This document shows positions 1 to 8,549 of a stretch of 64,000 nucleotides of DNA, piece after piece. Source of the DNA: an uncultured Candidatus Micrarchaeota archaeon (GTDB taxonomy: Archaea > Micrarchaeota > Micrarchaeia > Anstonellales > Bilamarchaeaceae); contig OY970229.1 of the NCBI GenBank assembly GCA_963714085.1, positions 1,344,001 through 1,408,000 of the forward strand, given 5' to 3'. A model generated the notes under the pieces. That model did no database searches. It was not told where the DNA came from and was given only the letters and a program-made list of their open reading frames with translations. A program made the position numbers and the translations under genes. Every line of letters starts with the position of its first letter. The stretch's first letter is position 1.

Positions 1-179
1 AAGGTGCTGTTCTCGGCTTGAAGGATTATGCAAGTGCCCGACGTGCTGAGCGGCCCGGTCAGAAAATAGTTGACATTAGGCGTGCTATATGTCCCGCAGG
101 ACGATATCCCGCCAATAGGGAACGCATACGCCGATCCAAGTACCAGAAACGCCAACAAAACGACTACTGTCAAACGCAT
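1..179 (-). CDS. N-terminus (partial) of secreted beta-helix/NosD-like surface protein
   Basis: Manual translation MRLTVVVLLAFLVLGSAYAFPIGGISSCGTYSTPNVNYFLTGPLSTSGTCIILQAENST: signal peptide then a CASH/NosD-type start; runs off the left edge; not in ORF track. Confidence 0.7.
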   Translation of the reverse strand, partial: MRLTVVVLLAFLVLGSAYAFPIGGISSCGTYSTPNVNYFLTGPLSTSGTCIILQAENST

Positions 180-267
180 GTCAAAGCACCTTTTAGTGGT
201 TAACGAATGTTAGCTTTATAAAGCTCATGAATAGCTCGGGGAGCATGAGCCGCGGCCCTTTCAGGTG

Positions 268-1101
268 TCAAATCTTCCTTCCGATGGCCTCGATGTGCCT
301 GCTCAAGCCGACGATGGATGGTTCCGAATTGAATCTTAACTCAAGCTCGAGGAGCCGATTATAGAACCTCTTGTCGGAGAGCATCTTCTCGAGCTGGTCC
401 TGCGTGAATGGGACGACTAGTTTGCCGAATATCCTTTTAATCTCGAGTCCGTTCTCCTCGAACAGCCTGTTCAGTTCGCTGACCGTGAAATTACGCGCAG
501 GGAACGAGCCATGGAATTCCGTCACGTGCGTTTTGACGAACCGGTCGATCTTCCCGTAATCCTTGGCCGCCAGGAGGTCCGAGAGCGTCCAATAGAAACC
601 GTCTATCGAGATGCAGACATGAGCGCCTTTGGTGGCCACTCTTGATAGCTCCCCGACCGCCTTGCCCGGTTTGCCGCAGTATCCGACCGGGTCGCCCTGG
701 GCGATGACCATTCCGAACGACCCGTCCTCGAAGCAGGACAGGTCGGTTATGTCCGCCTGCACGAACTCAATGCGCCCTTCGAGTCCTTCCTCTTTCGATT
801 TTTTCTCCGCGACTTCGAGCATCTTCTTGGACAGGTCGGAGCAGACGACCTTGAAACCGAGTTTGGCCAATCGCCTCGACCAATAGCCGGTCCCCCCGCC
901 CACATCCAGTATCAGATCTTTCTTTTTGGGGAGGTATCCCTTCATCATCCTCCAGGTTATGTCGTCGTACAATTCCCAATACGGGCTGCTGTAATCCGAC
1001 TCGTATCTCTCGGCTATCTGGTCGTGGAATATCGATGATCTGGTCTTCTTCACGGATGACGACCTCCGGGTAGTCATATGAGCGCTCGAAAAGCTTTCCA
1101 T
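268..1101 (-). CDS. Class I SAM-dependent methyltransferase
   Basis: Motif I ILDVGGGTG, SDLS..ML, ADITDL. Confidence 0.9.
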   Translation of the reverse strand: MESFSSAHMTTRRSSSVKKTRSSIFHDQIAERYESDYSSPYWELYDDITWRMMKGYLPKKKDLILDVGGGTGYWSRRLAKLGFKVVCSDLSKKMLEVAEKKSKEEGLEGRIEFVQADITDLSCFEDGSFGMVIAQGDPVGYCGKPGKAVGELSRVATKGAHVCISIDGFYWTLSDLLAAKDYGKIDRFVKTHVTEFHGSFPARNFTVSELNRLFEENGLEIKRIFGKLVVPFTQDQLEKMLSDKRFYNRLLELELRFNSEPSIVGLSRHIEAIGRKI

Positions 1102-1167
1102 CGCGCACTCTTAGCAGAGTTCATAGAAACAAAATAATCATAAACCATCCCGTCCCTATTCATCACT

Positions 1168-1485
1168 ATGGTTTCCCGCAGGAGCTTGGACAGGAATCTC
1201 GCCACCGAGAAGGTGGACCTCCAGTTCTACCTGGTCATCGAGCGCGGCGGGAAGCGAATGCTCAAGCCGCTCAAGCTCGATACGAAAGTGCCCCTGAAGC
1301 TGGTGAGAGCGATAGCCGACGACACGATAATCCCCGAGTTCTACGCCACGCTGGCCAAGGACCTGCGCGCCCGGGGTGTGGAGCCCGGCTCCAAGGTGCA
1401 GGTACGCGCTAAGTTCGGACCCGAGCACGAGATGTTCGACCCGGCGCTAAAGGGCACCAGGGTCCTCTGCGAAGTAGACGTCTGA
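1168..1485 (+). CDS. Hypothetical protein (105 aa)
   Basis: ATG-started ORF with host-like codon usage, no recognised motif. Confidence 0.65.
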   Translation: MVSRRSLDRNLATEKVDLQFYLVIERGGKRMLKPLKLDTKVPLKLVRAIADDTIIPEFYATLAKDLRARGVEPGSKVQVRAKFGPEHEMFDPALKGTRVLCEVDV

Positions 1486-1487
1486 CG

Positions 1488-2825
1488 TCAGCCTGTGACA
1501 AGTGCCATGGCCGCCTGCTCGAAGGCGCGCCCCGCTTCCTCAAGCAGTTTCTTTCTCGCCGCCAGCTCTTTCGGGTCCCCTTTTTCCAGGATCAGCTCCT
1601 TGTGCAACGCCTCTACGCGCGTGCCCGCGAACTCGGCTTTCACTTCATCGACCCATGCGAGCGCCCTGCGGAGCGGGTCCCCGGCTACCGCTTCCCGTAT
1701 CTTCCTGTTGCCGGCTTCCATCAATGCTATCGTTTTGCCGTCCCCCTTCATGTATGCGTCATCGGTTTTAATCAGCTCGTCGAGTATGTACCGGGTGTTC
1801 CGCTGGCCGAGGAGCCGGGCGAACTCTTCGAGCATTTTCCTCGCCTCCTCCCTCCAGCCTCTCCGGCCCATCGCCCTGGAGTCCTTCGCATAAAGATAAG
1901 CCGTCCGCAGCTTGCCCTTGAACCAGTCTACCTTGAACGCCTTGCCACAGGCGTCGATTATATGGAGGGCTTCGTCGTGCTCCCCCGTCTTTATCTTCTC
2001 CTGCGCCACCCTCATGGCGCTTATCACCACGCGGTCCGAGACCAGGGTGCATGCGACGCCCAGCCCTTCCTCGCCTTCCAGCTTTCCCGCGAGGTCCAAG
2101 AGGACGCCTTTGAGCCTCATGTCCCGGAACGCCCGGAGGCCGTTCTCTCTTACCTCCTCGTAAGCGTCTATCCCCACCACCTCCCCGTCGCGCCAGAGGT
2201 ACCTGTTCTTGAACGCGGTGAGCAGCGTGCATGCCTCGCTTATGGAGCGCCTTCTCCTGAACCTGGTACGGTACCAGATTCCCTCTTTCATCGCTTCCAG
2301 AGCCTTATCCATCTTCATGTCTGCGAGCAGCTTGCAGCCGGATTCGGTCTTGCCCACTTCGGCGTTGTAAGCCGCCAGCACGTCCCGTATCTCCTCGAGC
2401 CGCCTTTCATCTAACCGGGCGCCCTGCGTGTATAGCATCGCATGGAGCTCATCTATGTTCTGGCATAGGATTTCGTTGTCCTTGAGTTCCCCCACGTGAT
2501 TCTGGCGGATGTGCTTCATGGCCCTGACTGCGTGGTATATGTCTGTAAAGACCATCACCGTTGTGCTGGGTATGGGGTCGCCTTCCACGAACCCCTCCCC
2601 TATCCGCGAGGCGCGTTCCCTCCTGAATCCGACCAGCACCCTCCAGCTCTCGATATTGACCTTCAGGTCCACGCGCCTGCCGCTTTCATCCACGCCGTAG
2701 AACTGGTCCGCCCCTATGCCTAGCATCAGCTGCTTTCCGCTCATCGAGCGCCGTCTGGCCCTGTCCCTGTTCCTTTGCATTCCCATGTTGAGGGCGAGTT
2801 CGCGCGTCTCTCTATTGAGTCTCAT
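1488..2825 (-). CDS. Hypothetical basic alpha-helical protein
   Basis: Long ORF; likely start MRLNRE at 2825 with AT-rich region upstream. Confidence 0.7.
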   Translation of the reverse strand: MRLNRETRELALNMGMQRNRDRARRRSMSGKQLMLGIGADQFYGVDESGRRVDLKVNIESWRVLVGFRRERASRIGEGFVEGDPIPSTTVMVFTDIYHAVRAMKHIRQNHVGELKDNEILCQNIDELHAMLYTQGARLDERRLEEIRDVLAAYNAEVGKTESGCKLLADMKMDKALEAMKEGIWYRTRFRRRRSISEACTLLTAFKNRYLWRDGEVVGIDAYEEVRENGLRAFRDMRLKGVLLDLAGKLEGEEGLGVACTLVSDRVVISAMRVAQEKIKTGEHDEALHIIDACGKAFKVDWFKGKLRTAYLYAKDSRAMGRRGWREEARKMLEEFARLLGQRNTRYILDELIKTDDAYMKGDGKTIALMEAGNRKIREAVAGDPLRRALAWVDEVKAEFAGTRVEALHKELILEKGDPKELAARKKLLEEAGRAFEQAAMALVTG

Positions 2826-3059
2826 ATCTCCACGTATTATGATTAGATGGCACAAGTTTATAGTATTTATGGTTTGTTGGCATTTTTCATGGTTCTACCG
2901 CGGAAACGTTCCTCCGCGGAAATCCACCCTCCTGCGAATCGTTTATAAAGCGGCCAAGCACCGGTCATATCGTGAACCTTTTGGGCGGATTTGCCCGACG
3001 GAAAATGGTTGGGGGCCTGCGAGGGCCTCTTCATACTCACGGAACGGAAGGTGATCGGA

Positions 3060-3419
3060 ATGGACAGGAAGAAAGCGGAGCGCCGCGCTGCGGCAAGGGA
3101 TGAGATGCATTCCCTGATGGAATACAGGAAAGCGCTTCAGGAGGACTACCAAGGCGTGTTCGACAAGCTGCTCGGCTATGCAAAGGAGCACGCGGGTGCA
3201 TGCGCACGTGCGGGAAACATGAAACTGTCCGAATCCATGCTGCTGGCAATGATCCTCGAGCAACAGAAGCGGATAGACGCGTTGGCTGCGGAGCGGGGCG
3301 GCCCAGGGACCAGGAAGCCGGTCCAAGAGGAGGCGCGCTCACGCCCGCAGGACGTAGATCTGTTCGCATTATTGAATAAGACGGAGGTGAAGGAGTACCC
3401 GCCATGGGTCGTCTGCTAG
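3060..3419 (+). CDS. Small helical protein resembling arCOG07300 (normally PolB2-associated)
   Basis: Pattern YRKAL.ED...FDKL...A..HA.A...SMLLAMILEQQKRIDAL; GGTGA SD before ATG 3060. Confidence 0.55.
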   Translation: MDRKKAERRAAARDEMHSLMEYRKALQEDYQGVFDKLLGYAKEHAGACARAGNMKLSESMLLAMILEQQKRIDALAAERGGPGTRKPVQEEARSRPQDVDLFALLNKTEVKEYPPWVVC

Positions 3420-3520
3420 AGACTGCCCGCCCACTCTTCGGATTAGCACTCTTTTTTTGCCTTTGGAACAACCCTGCCGGGTTCTGCGCGGGAGCCGGGA
3501 CCCGGCTCTAATTCTCTTCT

Positions 3521-3661
3521 TCAGACCGAGTGGAAATTGCCTTCCTTGTCCCTCCTGAACTTGTGGACCGGATTCGAGGGGCAGACGAAGACGCCTTGGT
3601 TATTCTCCTTCATATCTGAGAACATTCCTTTGTACACGTGGCAATTCGGACATGCTGGCAT
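3521..3661 (-). CDS. 46-aa zinc-ribbon-like microprotein
   Basis: Manual translation MPACPNCHVYKGMFSDMKENNQGVFVCPSNPVHKFRRDKEGNFHSV*; GGTGA SD; below ORF-track cutoff. Confidence 0.7.
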   Translation of the reverse strand: MPACPNCHVYKGMFSDMKENNQGVFVCPSNPVHKFRRDKEGNFHSV

Positions 3662-3735
3662 GGGGGTCACCGTTTCACTAATTTATTCAGCAATATTTAA
3701 AAAGAATCATCCCGCTCTTCTGTCAAGGAGATGCA

Positions 3736-4539
3736 ATGGAAGCATACACGAGGCGGCCCGCGGTGGCCGGCGCATTCTATCCGGACGAGCCGGCCGAACT
3801 AAGGAGCATGATAAGCAGCTATCTTGAGAAGGCCGGCAGCGTGAAGGTAGATGGCAGGCTCAGGGCCCTGGTCGAGCCGCATGCGGGCTACGTCTATTCC
3901 GGGCCTGTCGCCGCGTTCGGTTACAAGCTGCTCGCGAGTCTCGCGAAGCAGCCTTCGAAGATAATAATACTCGGGCCGTCGCACTACGCCGGATTCTTCG
4001 GAGCCGCGGAGGCCGGCGCGGACTCGTGGCAGACCCCGCTTGGAATCGTGAAGGCCGGCTCGATAACGTCCGAGATCGGGAAGACCGATATAATCAAGAC
4101 CATTCCAGAAGCCCATGCCCCGGAGCATTGCATAGAGGTCCAGCTTCCGTTCCTCCAGACCGTCATGAAAAAGGACTTCACGGTGTATCCTTTGCTCTGC
4201 GGGGACGCATCCCCGTCCGCGCTCGCGGAAGCGCTCGTAAAGGCGGTGGACGACGACACGCTCATAATCGCCAGCTCGGACCTGAGCCACTACAACCCCT
4301 ACGAGCGCGCCAAGCGCCTCGACTCCATATGCAACAAGGCGGTCCCAGCCCTCGACATCCCAACAATGGAAGACAGCGGGGACGCGTGCGGCAAGACCGG
4401 GATACTGACGCTCATGCACATAGCGAAGAAGATGAAATGGAAGGGGAAGATGCTGGACTACCGGAATTCCGGGGACACGGCCGGGCCCAAGGACGCGGTC
4501 GTGGGCTACGGATGCTACGCGTTCCACAGCGCGAAGTGA
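3736..4539 (+). CDS. amrB: AmmeMemoRadiSam system protein B (MEMO1 family)
   Basis: RRPAVAGAFYP, PHAGYVYSG, GPSH, EHCIEVQLPFL, SSDLSHY, ACG. Confidence 0.95.
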   Translation: MEAYTRRPAVAGAFYPDEPAELRSMISSYLEKAGSVKVDGRLRALVEPHAGYVYSGPVAAFGYKLLASLAKQPSKIIILGPSHYAGFFGAAEAGADSWQTPLGIVKAGSITSEIGKTDIIKTIPEAHAPEHCIEVQLPFLQTVMKKDFTVYPLLCGDASPSALAEALVKAVDDDTLIIASSDLSHYNPYERAKRLDSICNKAVPALDIPTMEDSGDACGKTGILTLMHIAKKMKWKGKMLDYRNSGDTAGPKDAVVGYGCYAFHSAK

Positions 4540-4543
4540 TTCC

Positions 4544-4807
4544 ATGGACGCGGACGTTCGTGCCGAACTGGAGAAAATAAAGGAGCGCAACCGGCGCGTG
4601 GAGGCGGACAAAGCATGGGAGACCAGCTGGACGAGGAAGCTCGTCATCGCGGCTTTCATATACATATTCGCGGTCATCGTGCTGGCGAGCATAAGGGCGC
4701 TTTCTCCGTTGCTGAACGGGCTCATACCATCTCTCGCCTTCCTGTTCTCCACAGAGACGTTCGATCTCCTCAAAAAATGGTGGATTGGGAATCGCTATAA
4801 GAAATGA
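4544..4807 (+). CDS. Small membrane protein (2 TM)
   Basis: RNRRVEADKAWETSWTRK followed by two hydrophobic segments; lies between amrB and amrA. Confidence 0.8.
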   Translation: MDADVRAELEKIKERNRRVEADKAWETSWTRKLVIAAFIYIFAVIVLASIRALSPLLNGLIPSLAFLFSTETFDLLKKWWIGNRYKK

Positions 4808-4816
4808 GGTGCTCTG

Positions 4817-5389
4817 ATGGCCGAGAAGCTCAACGAGAAAGAGAAGAAGTTCATGCTCGCCCTCGCGCGCGACGCGATAAAAAACTACCTGGAGAAGGGC
4901 GTGAAACCCGACGTCAAGCCCTCCGAGGTCCCGTCGAAGCGGCTCACCGAGGACGGCGCCTGCTTCGTCACGCTCCGCATCGGGAAGGACCTGCGCGGCT
5001 GCATCGGCTCGCTCGAGGCGCACCGGCCCCTTGTGATGGACGTGGTGGACAACGCCATCAGCTCGGCCTTCGGCGACCCGAGGTTCAGCGGACTCAGGAA
5101 GCAGGAGTTCGCGAAGATAAAAATAAGCATATCCGTGCTCACGAAACCCATCCCGTTCCCGGTCAGCGGCCCGGACGATTTGCTCAAGAAGCTTGTTGCC
5201 GGAAAGCACGGATTGATCCTCAAGCAGGGGTGGGCCAGGGCCACGTTCCTGCCCGCGGTCTGGGAGGAGCTCCCGGACAAGGAGCAGTTCCTCTCGCAGC
5301 TGAGCATGAAGGCCGGCCTCTCGCCTGACGCCTGGAAGGACCCTGAGACGGAGTTCGAGGTCTACGAGGCCGAGGAGTTCTCGGAATGA
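4817..5389 (+). CDS. amrA: AmmeMemoRadiSam system protein A (AMMECR1 family)
   Basis: GACFVTL..LRGCIG, DPRF, ATFLPAVW, KAGL. Confidence 0.95.
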   Translation: MAEKLNEKEKKFMLALARDAIKNYLEKGVKPDVKPSEVPSKRLTEDGACFVTLRIGKDLRGCIGSLEAHRPLVMDVVDNAISSAFGDPRFSGLRKQEFAKIKISISVLTKPIPFPVSGPDDLLKKLVAGKHGLILKQGWARATFLPAVWEELPDKEQFLSQLSMKAGLSPDAWKDPETEFEVYEAEEFSE

Positions 5390-5391
5390 CA

Positions 5392-5455
5392 ACGACTTTA
5401 CTCGACTTTTTATAACTTTGCAGACAATATGGTGTTCATGGGAAAGTCAGTCTTC
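5392..5455 (+). repeat. Duplicated promoter/start cassette, copy 1
   Basis: actttactcgactttttataactttgcagacaatat..tcatgggaaagtcagtcttc, nearly identical to 6651-6713. Confidence 0.85.
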
Positions 5456-6610
5456 CTCATGACCGATGCGCAAGGGGCGGCAGCGGCAGCACAGGCATGC
5501 AGGCTCAAGGAGAAATTGGAGAGGTCCAGCCTCAGCCTCAGTGGTCCGCTCTCGGACAAGGGGGGCGCGGTGGAGCGGTTCGTGGGTGATGTCCGGGTCA
5601 TGGCAGAATTCATCGGGACCGATGAGCTCAGCATGGCCGTGCGCAATCTCATGCCGCGGAACAAGCCATCCATAAACGCTCTGCAGGCCACGATACCGAT
5701 GCTCGAAGTGCCGTTCATCCTGGCCGAAGCGCCGGAATGCGGATGGGGTGACTATCCGGTAAGCGCGGGAGAGGCGGCATCGGCCCCCACCGTCGGATTC
5801 AACGGAGGCTTGGCAAGGCCGCTATGCATAGCCGAGCTCACCACGCTCGCCGTGTCCGTGCTCAGGAGGCTCGGATTCGCGTGCCATTTCTCGATATCCA
5901 GCTGCTGCGCGTCCGAACCCGGCGAAAATCCCGCATCAGGAACGGAGAGCCGCATCGTACCCACGATCGTCATGCCCACGGACGATGATTTCCTGCTGCT
6001 GTCCGTGATCCATGACCAGGAGGGCTTCTTTTCTATGTACCCTCCGGTCTTTTCCGAGGCGCTGGATGACGACGCGCTCATGGCGTTCCTCGAGCTCAAT
6101 GACGCATGGTACCATGCCAAGACGCTGATGGCGGACATGTCGAAGCGTGCGATAAAGTTCGACGGCGAGCCCGAGCTCAGGTCCGCGCAAATCGGCCATC
6201 TGCTCAGCGAAGGGGCGTCCCACTGGTCCCTGTCCGAAGCCGAGGCGGACGCGGCCGATGCGAGGGGGCTCATTGGGTCGGATGCGATCAAGAGCTACAG
6301 GGAGGCCAACGGGCAAGAGGTCGTAAGGACCCTGACCGATCCAAAGCGCCATGAAAGAATGGCCGCTTGGGCGATGCTCTGCGACGACCTCAAGCGCGCG
6401 CTTAGCGAAACCCCGGATGCGGACGAGCCTGGGGTCGCCTCGCTCCATCGTAAGCTCGCAGTCTCCAGCCACACCTGCTGCGTGCCGCAGTTCAGGGACT
6501 ACCTGAATCAGTGCATACCTATAGTCAATAAGCACCTGCACCCGGCTTCGGACTGCCGGGCGGATGGAAGACCAAGTGAAACAGGCAATTCGGCGAACCG
6601 ATTAGATTAG
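5438..6610 (+). CDS. Hypothetical protein with degenerate transglutaminase-like core; paralog of 6696..7790
   Basis: MGKSVF start; NGGLARP..LTTLAVSVLRRLG; C-terminal HLHPASDC. Confidence 0.75.
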   Translation: MGKSVFLMTDAQGAAAAAQACRLKEKLERSSLSLSGPLSDKGGAVERFVGDVRVMAEFIGTDELSMAVRNLMPRNKPSINALQATIPMLEVPFILAEAPECGWGDYPVSAGEAASAPTVGFNGGLARPLCIAELTTLAVSVLRRLGFACHFSISSCCASEPGENPASGTESRIVPTIVMPTDDDFLLLSVIHDQEGFFSMYPPVFSEALDDDALMAFLELNDAWYHAKTLMADMSKRAIKFDGEPELRSAQIGHLLSEGASHWSLSEAEADAADARGLIGSDAIKSYREANGQEVVRTLTDPKRHERMAAWAMLCDDLKRALSETPDADEPGVASLHRKLAVSSHTCCVPQFRDYLNQCIPIVNKHLHPASDCRADGRPSETGNSANRLD

Positions 6611-6650
6611 GGAAAAGGAGCGATTCCCGGAATAGAAAATCATTCTGGTA

Positions 6651-6713
6651 ACTACTTTACTTAACTTTTTATAACTTTGCAGATAATATACAATCATGGG
6701 AAAGTCAGTCTTC
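6651..6713 (+). repeat. Duplicated promoter/start cassette, copy 2
   Basis: actttacttaactttttataactttgcagataatat..tcatgggaaagtcagtcttc. Confidence 0.85.
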
Positions 6714-7790
6714 TTCGGGCCTTCAAAGGAAAAGGACGCGCAAATCAAGCAGATGCGAAAGCTGCGGGACAAATTCGGCCTGGACAGCCTTAAGCTCGAC
6801 GGGCCGTTCTTGGACAAGTCGGGCGCGGCAGCGAAAATAGCTGCCCAAGTGCAGTCGTGGACCGAAGATTCCCCCAGGGACAACGTGATACAGACCGCCG
6901 TACGCACCCTCCTGCCGCAGAACAAGCTTCCTGGAAACCTTCCGTCAGACTGCAGATCCAGGCTGGAAATCCCGTTCATCGCAGGCACCGCCCCGGGAGG
7001 CTGGCAGAAGCGCTATCCGGAGATCGCAGGAGAGACGGCATCAGCCGGCGCCGTGGAATACAACGGGGGCCTGGCAAGGCCGGCGGGTGCGGTTGCTCTC
7101 ACAACCCTCGCCATGTCCGTGCTCAGGATGCTCGGAGTCGAGTGCTATTTTTCGCAATGCACCTGCATCCCGAACATTCCCGAAGAGGCGCTTCCCGCGG
7201 GAACAGAGGCCACCATCGTCCTGCATGTCCTGCCCTTACGAACCGCGCCTATAATCATCGTACCCGACGGCCCGCGGCCCAGGCAGTTATCGCTGATTCC
7301 CGACTATGGCTTTTTCTCGAATGTCACGAACCTCTCGTTCGAGGTGCTGGATAGCGACGCGCTCATGGCGTTGATCAAGCTGCATAACGCGCGCCGGCAT
7401 GCCATGGCTCTGATGACGGACTTGATGAACTATCTGCCAGGGTCCGACGAAGAGCGCACCTCCAGGGCCGTGCGGATCGGGCATATGGTCCATGAAGGCG
7501 TGTCGCTCTGGAAACTGTCCGATGCGGAGGAAGACCTCGGAAGCGCAAGGAAGCTTTTCGGGCCGTACGAGCACCAGCTGAATAGCGCCAGGTATGACCT
7601 CGAGGACGATATCGTGCACGCTATCACCTGCCTCGAACGCCATGCCGAGGTGGCCGCTTTGGTGATGCGCACCGAAGACTTCCATGGGCCTCCATTCACC
7701 GATTATATGGACCTGGCGCGTCTGATGAACGAGCACCTGCACGAGGCTTCGGAATGCAATGCCGATAGCGGCGGCGAAAAGAAGAATTGA
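6696..7790 (+). CDS. Hypothetical protein with degenerate transglutaminase-like core; paralog of 5438..6610
   Basis: MGKSVF; NGGLARP..LTTLAMSVLRMLG; C-terminal HLHEASEC. Confidence 0.75.
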   Translation: MGKSVFFGPSKEKDAQIKQMRKLRDKFGLDSLKLDGPFLDKSGAAAKIAAQVQSWTEDSPRDNVIQTAVRTLLPQNKLPGNLPSDCRSRLEIPFIAGTAPGGWQKRYPEIAGETASAGAVEYNGGLARPAGAVALTTLAMSVLRMLGVECYFSQCTCIPNIPEEALPAGTEATIVLHVLPLRTAPIIIVPDGPRPRQLSLIPDYGFFSNVTNLSFEVLDSDALMALIKLHNARRHAMALMTDLMNYLPGSDEERTSRAVRIGHMVHEGVSLWKLSDAEEDLGSARKLFGPYEHQLNSARYDLEDDIVHAITCLERHAEVAALVMRTEDFHGPPFTDYMDLARLMNEHLHEASECNADSGGEKKN

Positions 7791-7792
7791 CT

Positions 7793-8533
7793 TCACTGAA
7801 GCAGTCCAGATATCCCCAGGACTTCCTCCTTGCCGAGCGTGCGGACCTTCCTCTTCTCATACTTCCCTAGCGCTCCGAGCTCGTCCTTCTCGAACATCTT
7901 GGAGTCGAGCAGCGCGTTGCGCACGGTCTTGTTCTTGTGCGTGAAAAGGCACCGGATCACGTTCTCCTCGAACTGCGTGAGCGTCCTCCCCGTGGGCTTC
8001 AGCATTATCATGGCCGAGTCCACTTTGGGCGCGGGCCGGAAAAGGTGGCGCGGCACCAGCTGCACGAGCTCCACCTCGAAAGCTAGCTGCGCGGTCACGG
8101 ACAGGCGCCCATAGTTCTTGTCCTTCGGAGTCGCGGCCATCTTCTGCGCGAACTCCTTCTGGACGATGAGGACGGCGCGCTCGAATTTAACCCTCGCTAT
8201 CCTGAAGATGATCTGCGACGTGATGTAATACGGGATGTTCCCTGCGATCAGGTCCACGTCCGGCAATTCGAATTCAAGGAAATCCGCTTCAATCAGCGTC
8301 AGGTTCTTCCCTTTGAACTTTTCGCTCAGAAGCTCCGCCATCCGCGGGTCCTTCTCTATGGCGAATAATCTCGACGGCCCGAGCTCGAGTATCTTCTCCG
8401 TCAGCCTTCCGTCCCCAGGGCCGATCTCCAGGACGGTCCGTCCTTCTGGCTTGAGCAGCGCGGCCTCCTTGCGTAGTATGTTCTGGTCCATGAGGAAGTT
8501 CTGGCCCAGGGATTTCTTGGCTCTCAGTTCCAT
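7793..8533 (-). CDS. rsmA: 16S rRNA m6,2A dimethyltransferase KsgA/RsmA
   Basis: KKSLGQNFL, LEIGPGDG, GNIPYYIT, PAPKVDSA. Confidence 0.97.
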   Translation of the reverse strand: MELRAKKSLGQNFLMDQNILRKEAALLKPEGRTVLEIGPGDGRLTEKILELGPSRLFAIEKDPRMAELLSEKFKGKNLTLIEADFLEFELPDVDLIAGNIPYYITSQIIFRIARVKFERAVLIVQKEFAQKMAATPKDKNYGRLSVTAQLAFEVELVQLVPRHLFRPAPKVDSAMIMLKPTGRTLTQFEENVIRCLFTHKNKTVRNALLDSKMFEKDELGALGKYEKRKVRTLGKEEVLGISGLLQ

Positions 8534-8549
8534 GGTAGCGAATTGGTTG

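Noticed and set aside
3492..3508. Palindrome gagccgggacccggctc
   Set aside because: Single GC hairpin between convergent genes, probably an ordinary 3'-end structure; no other copies noticed
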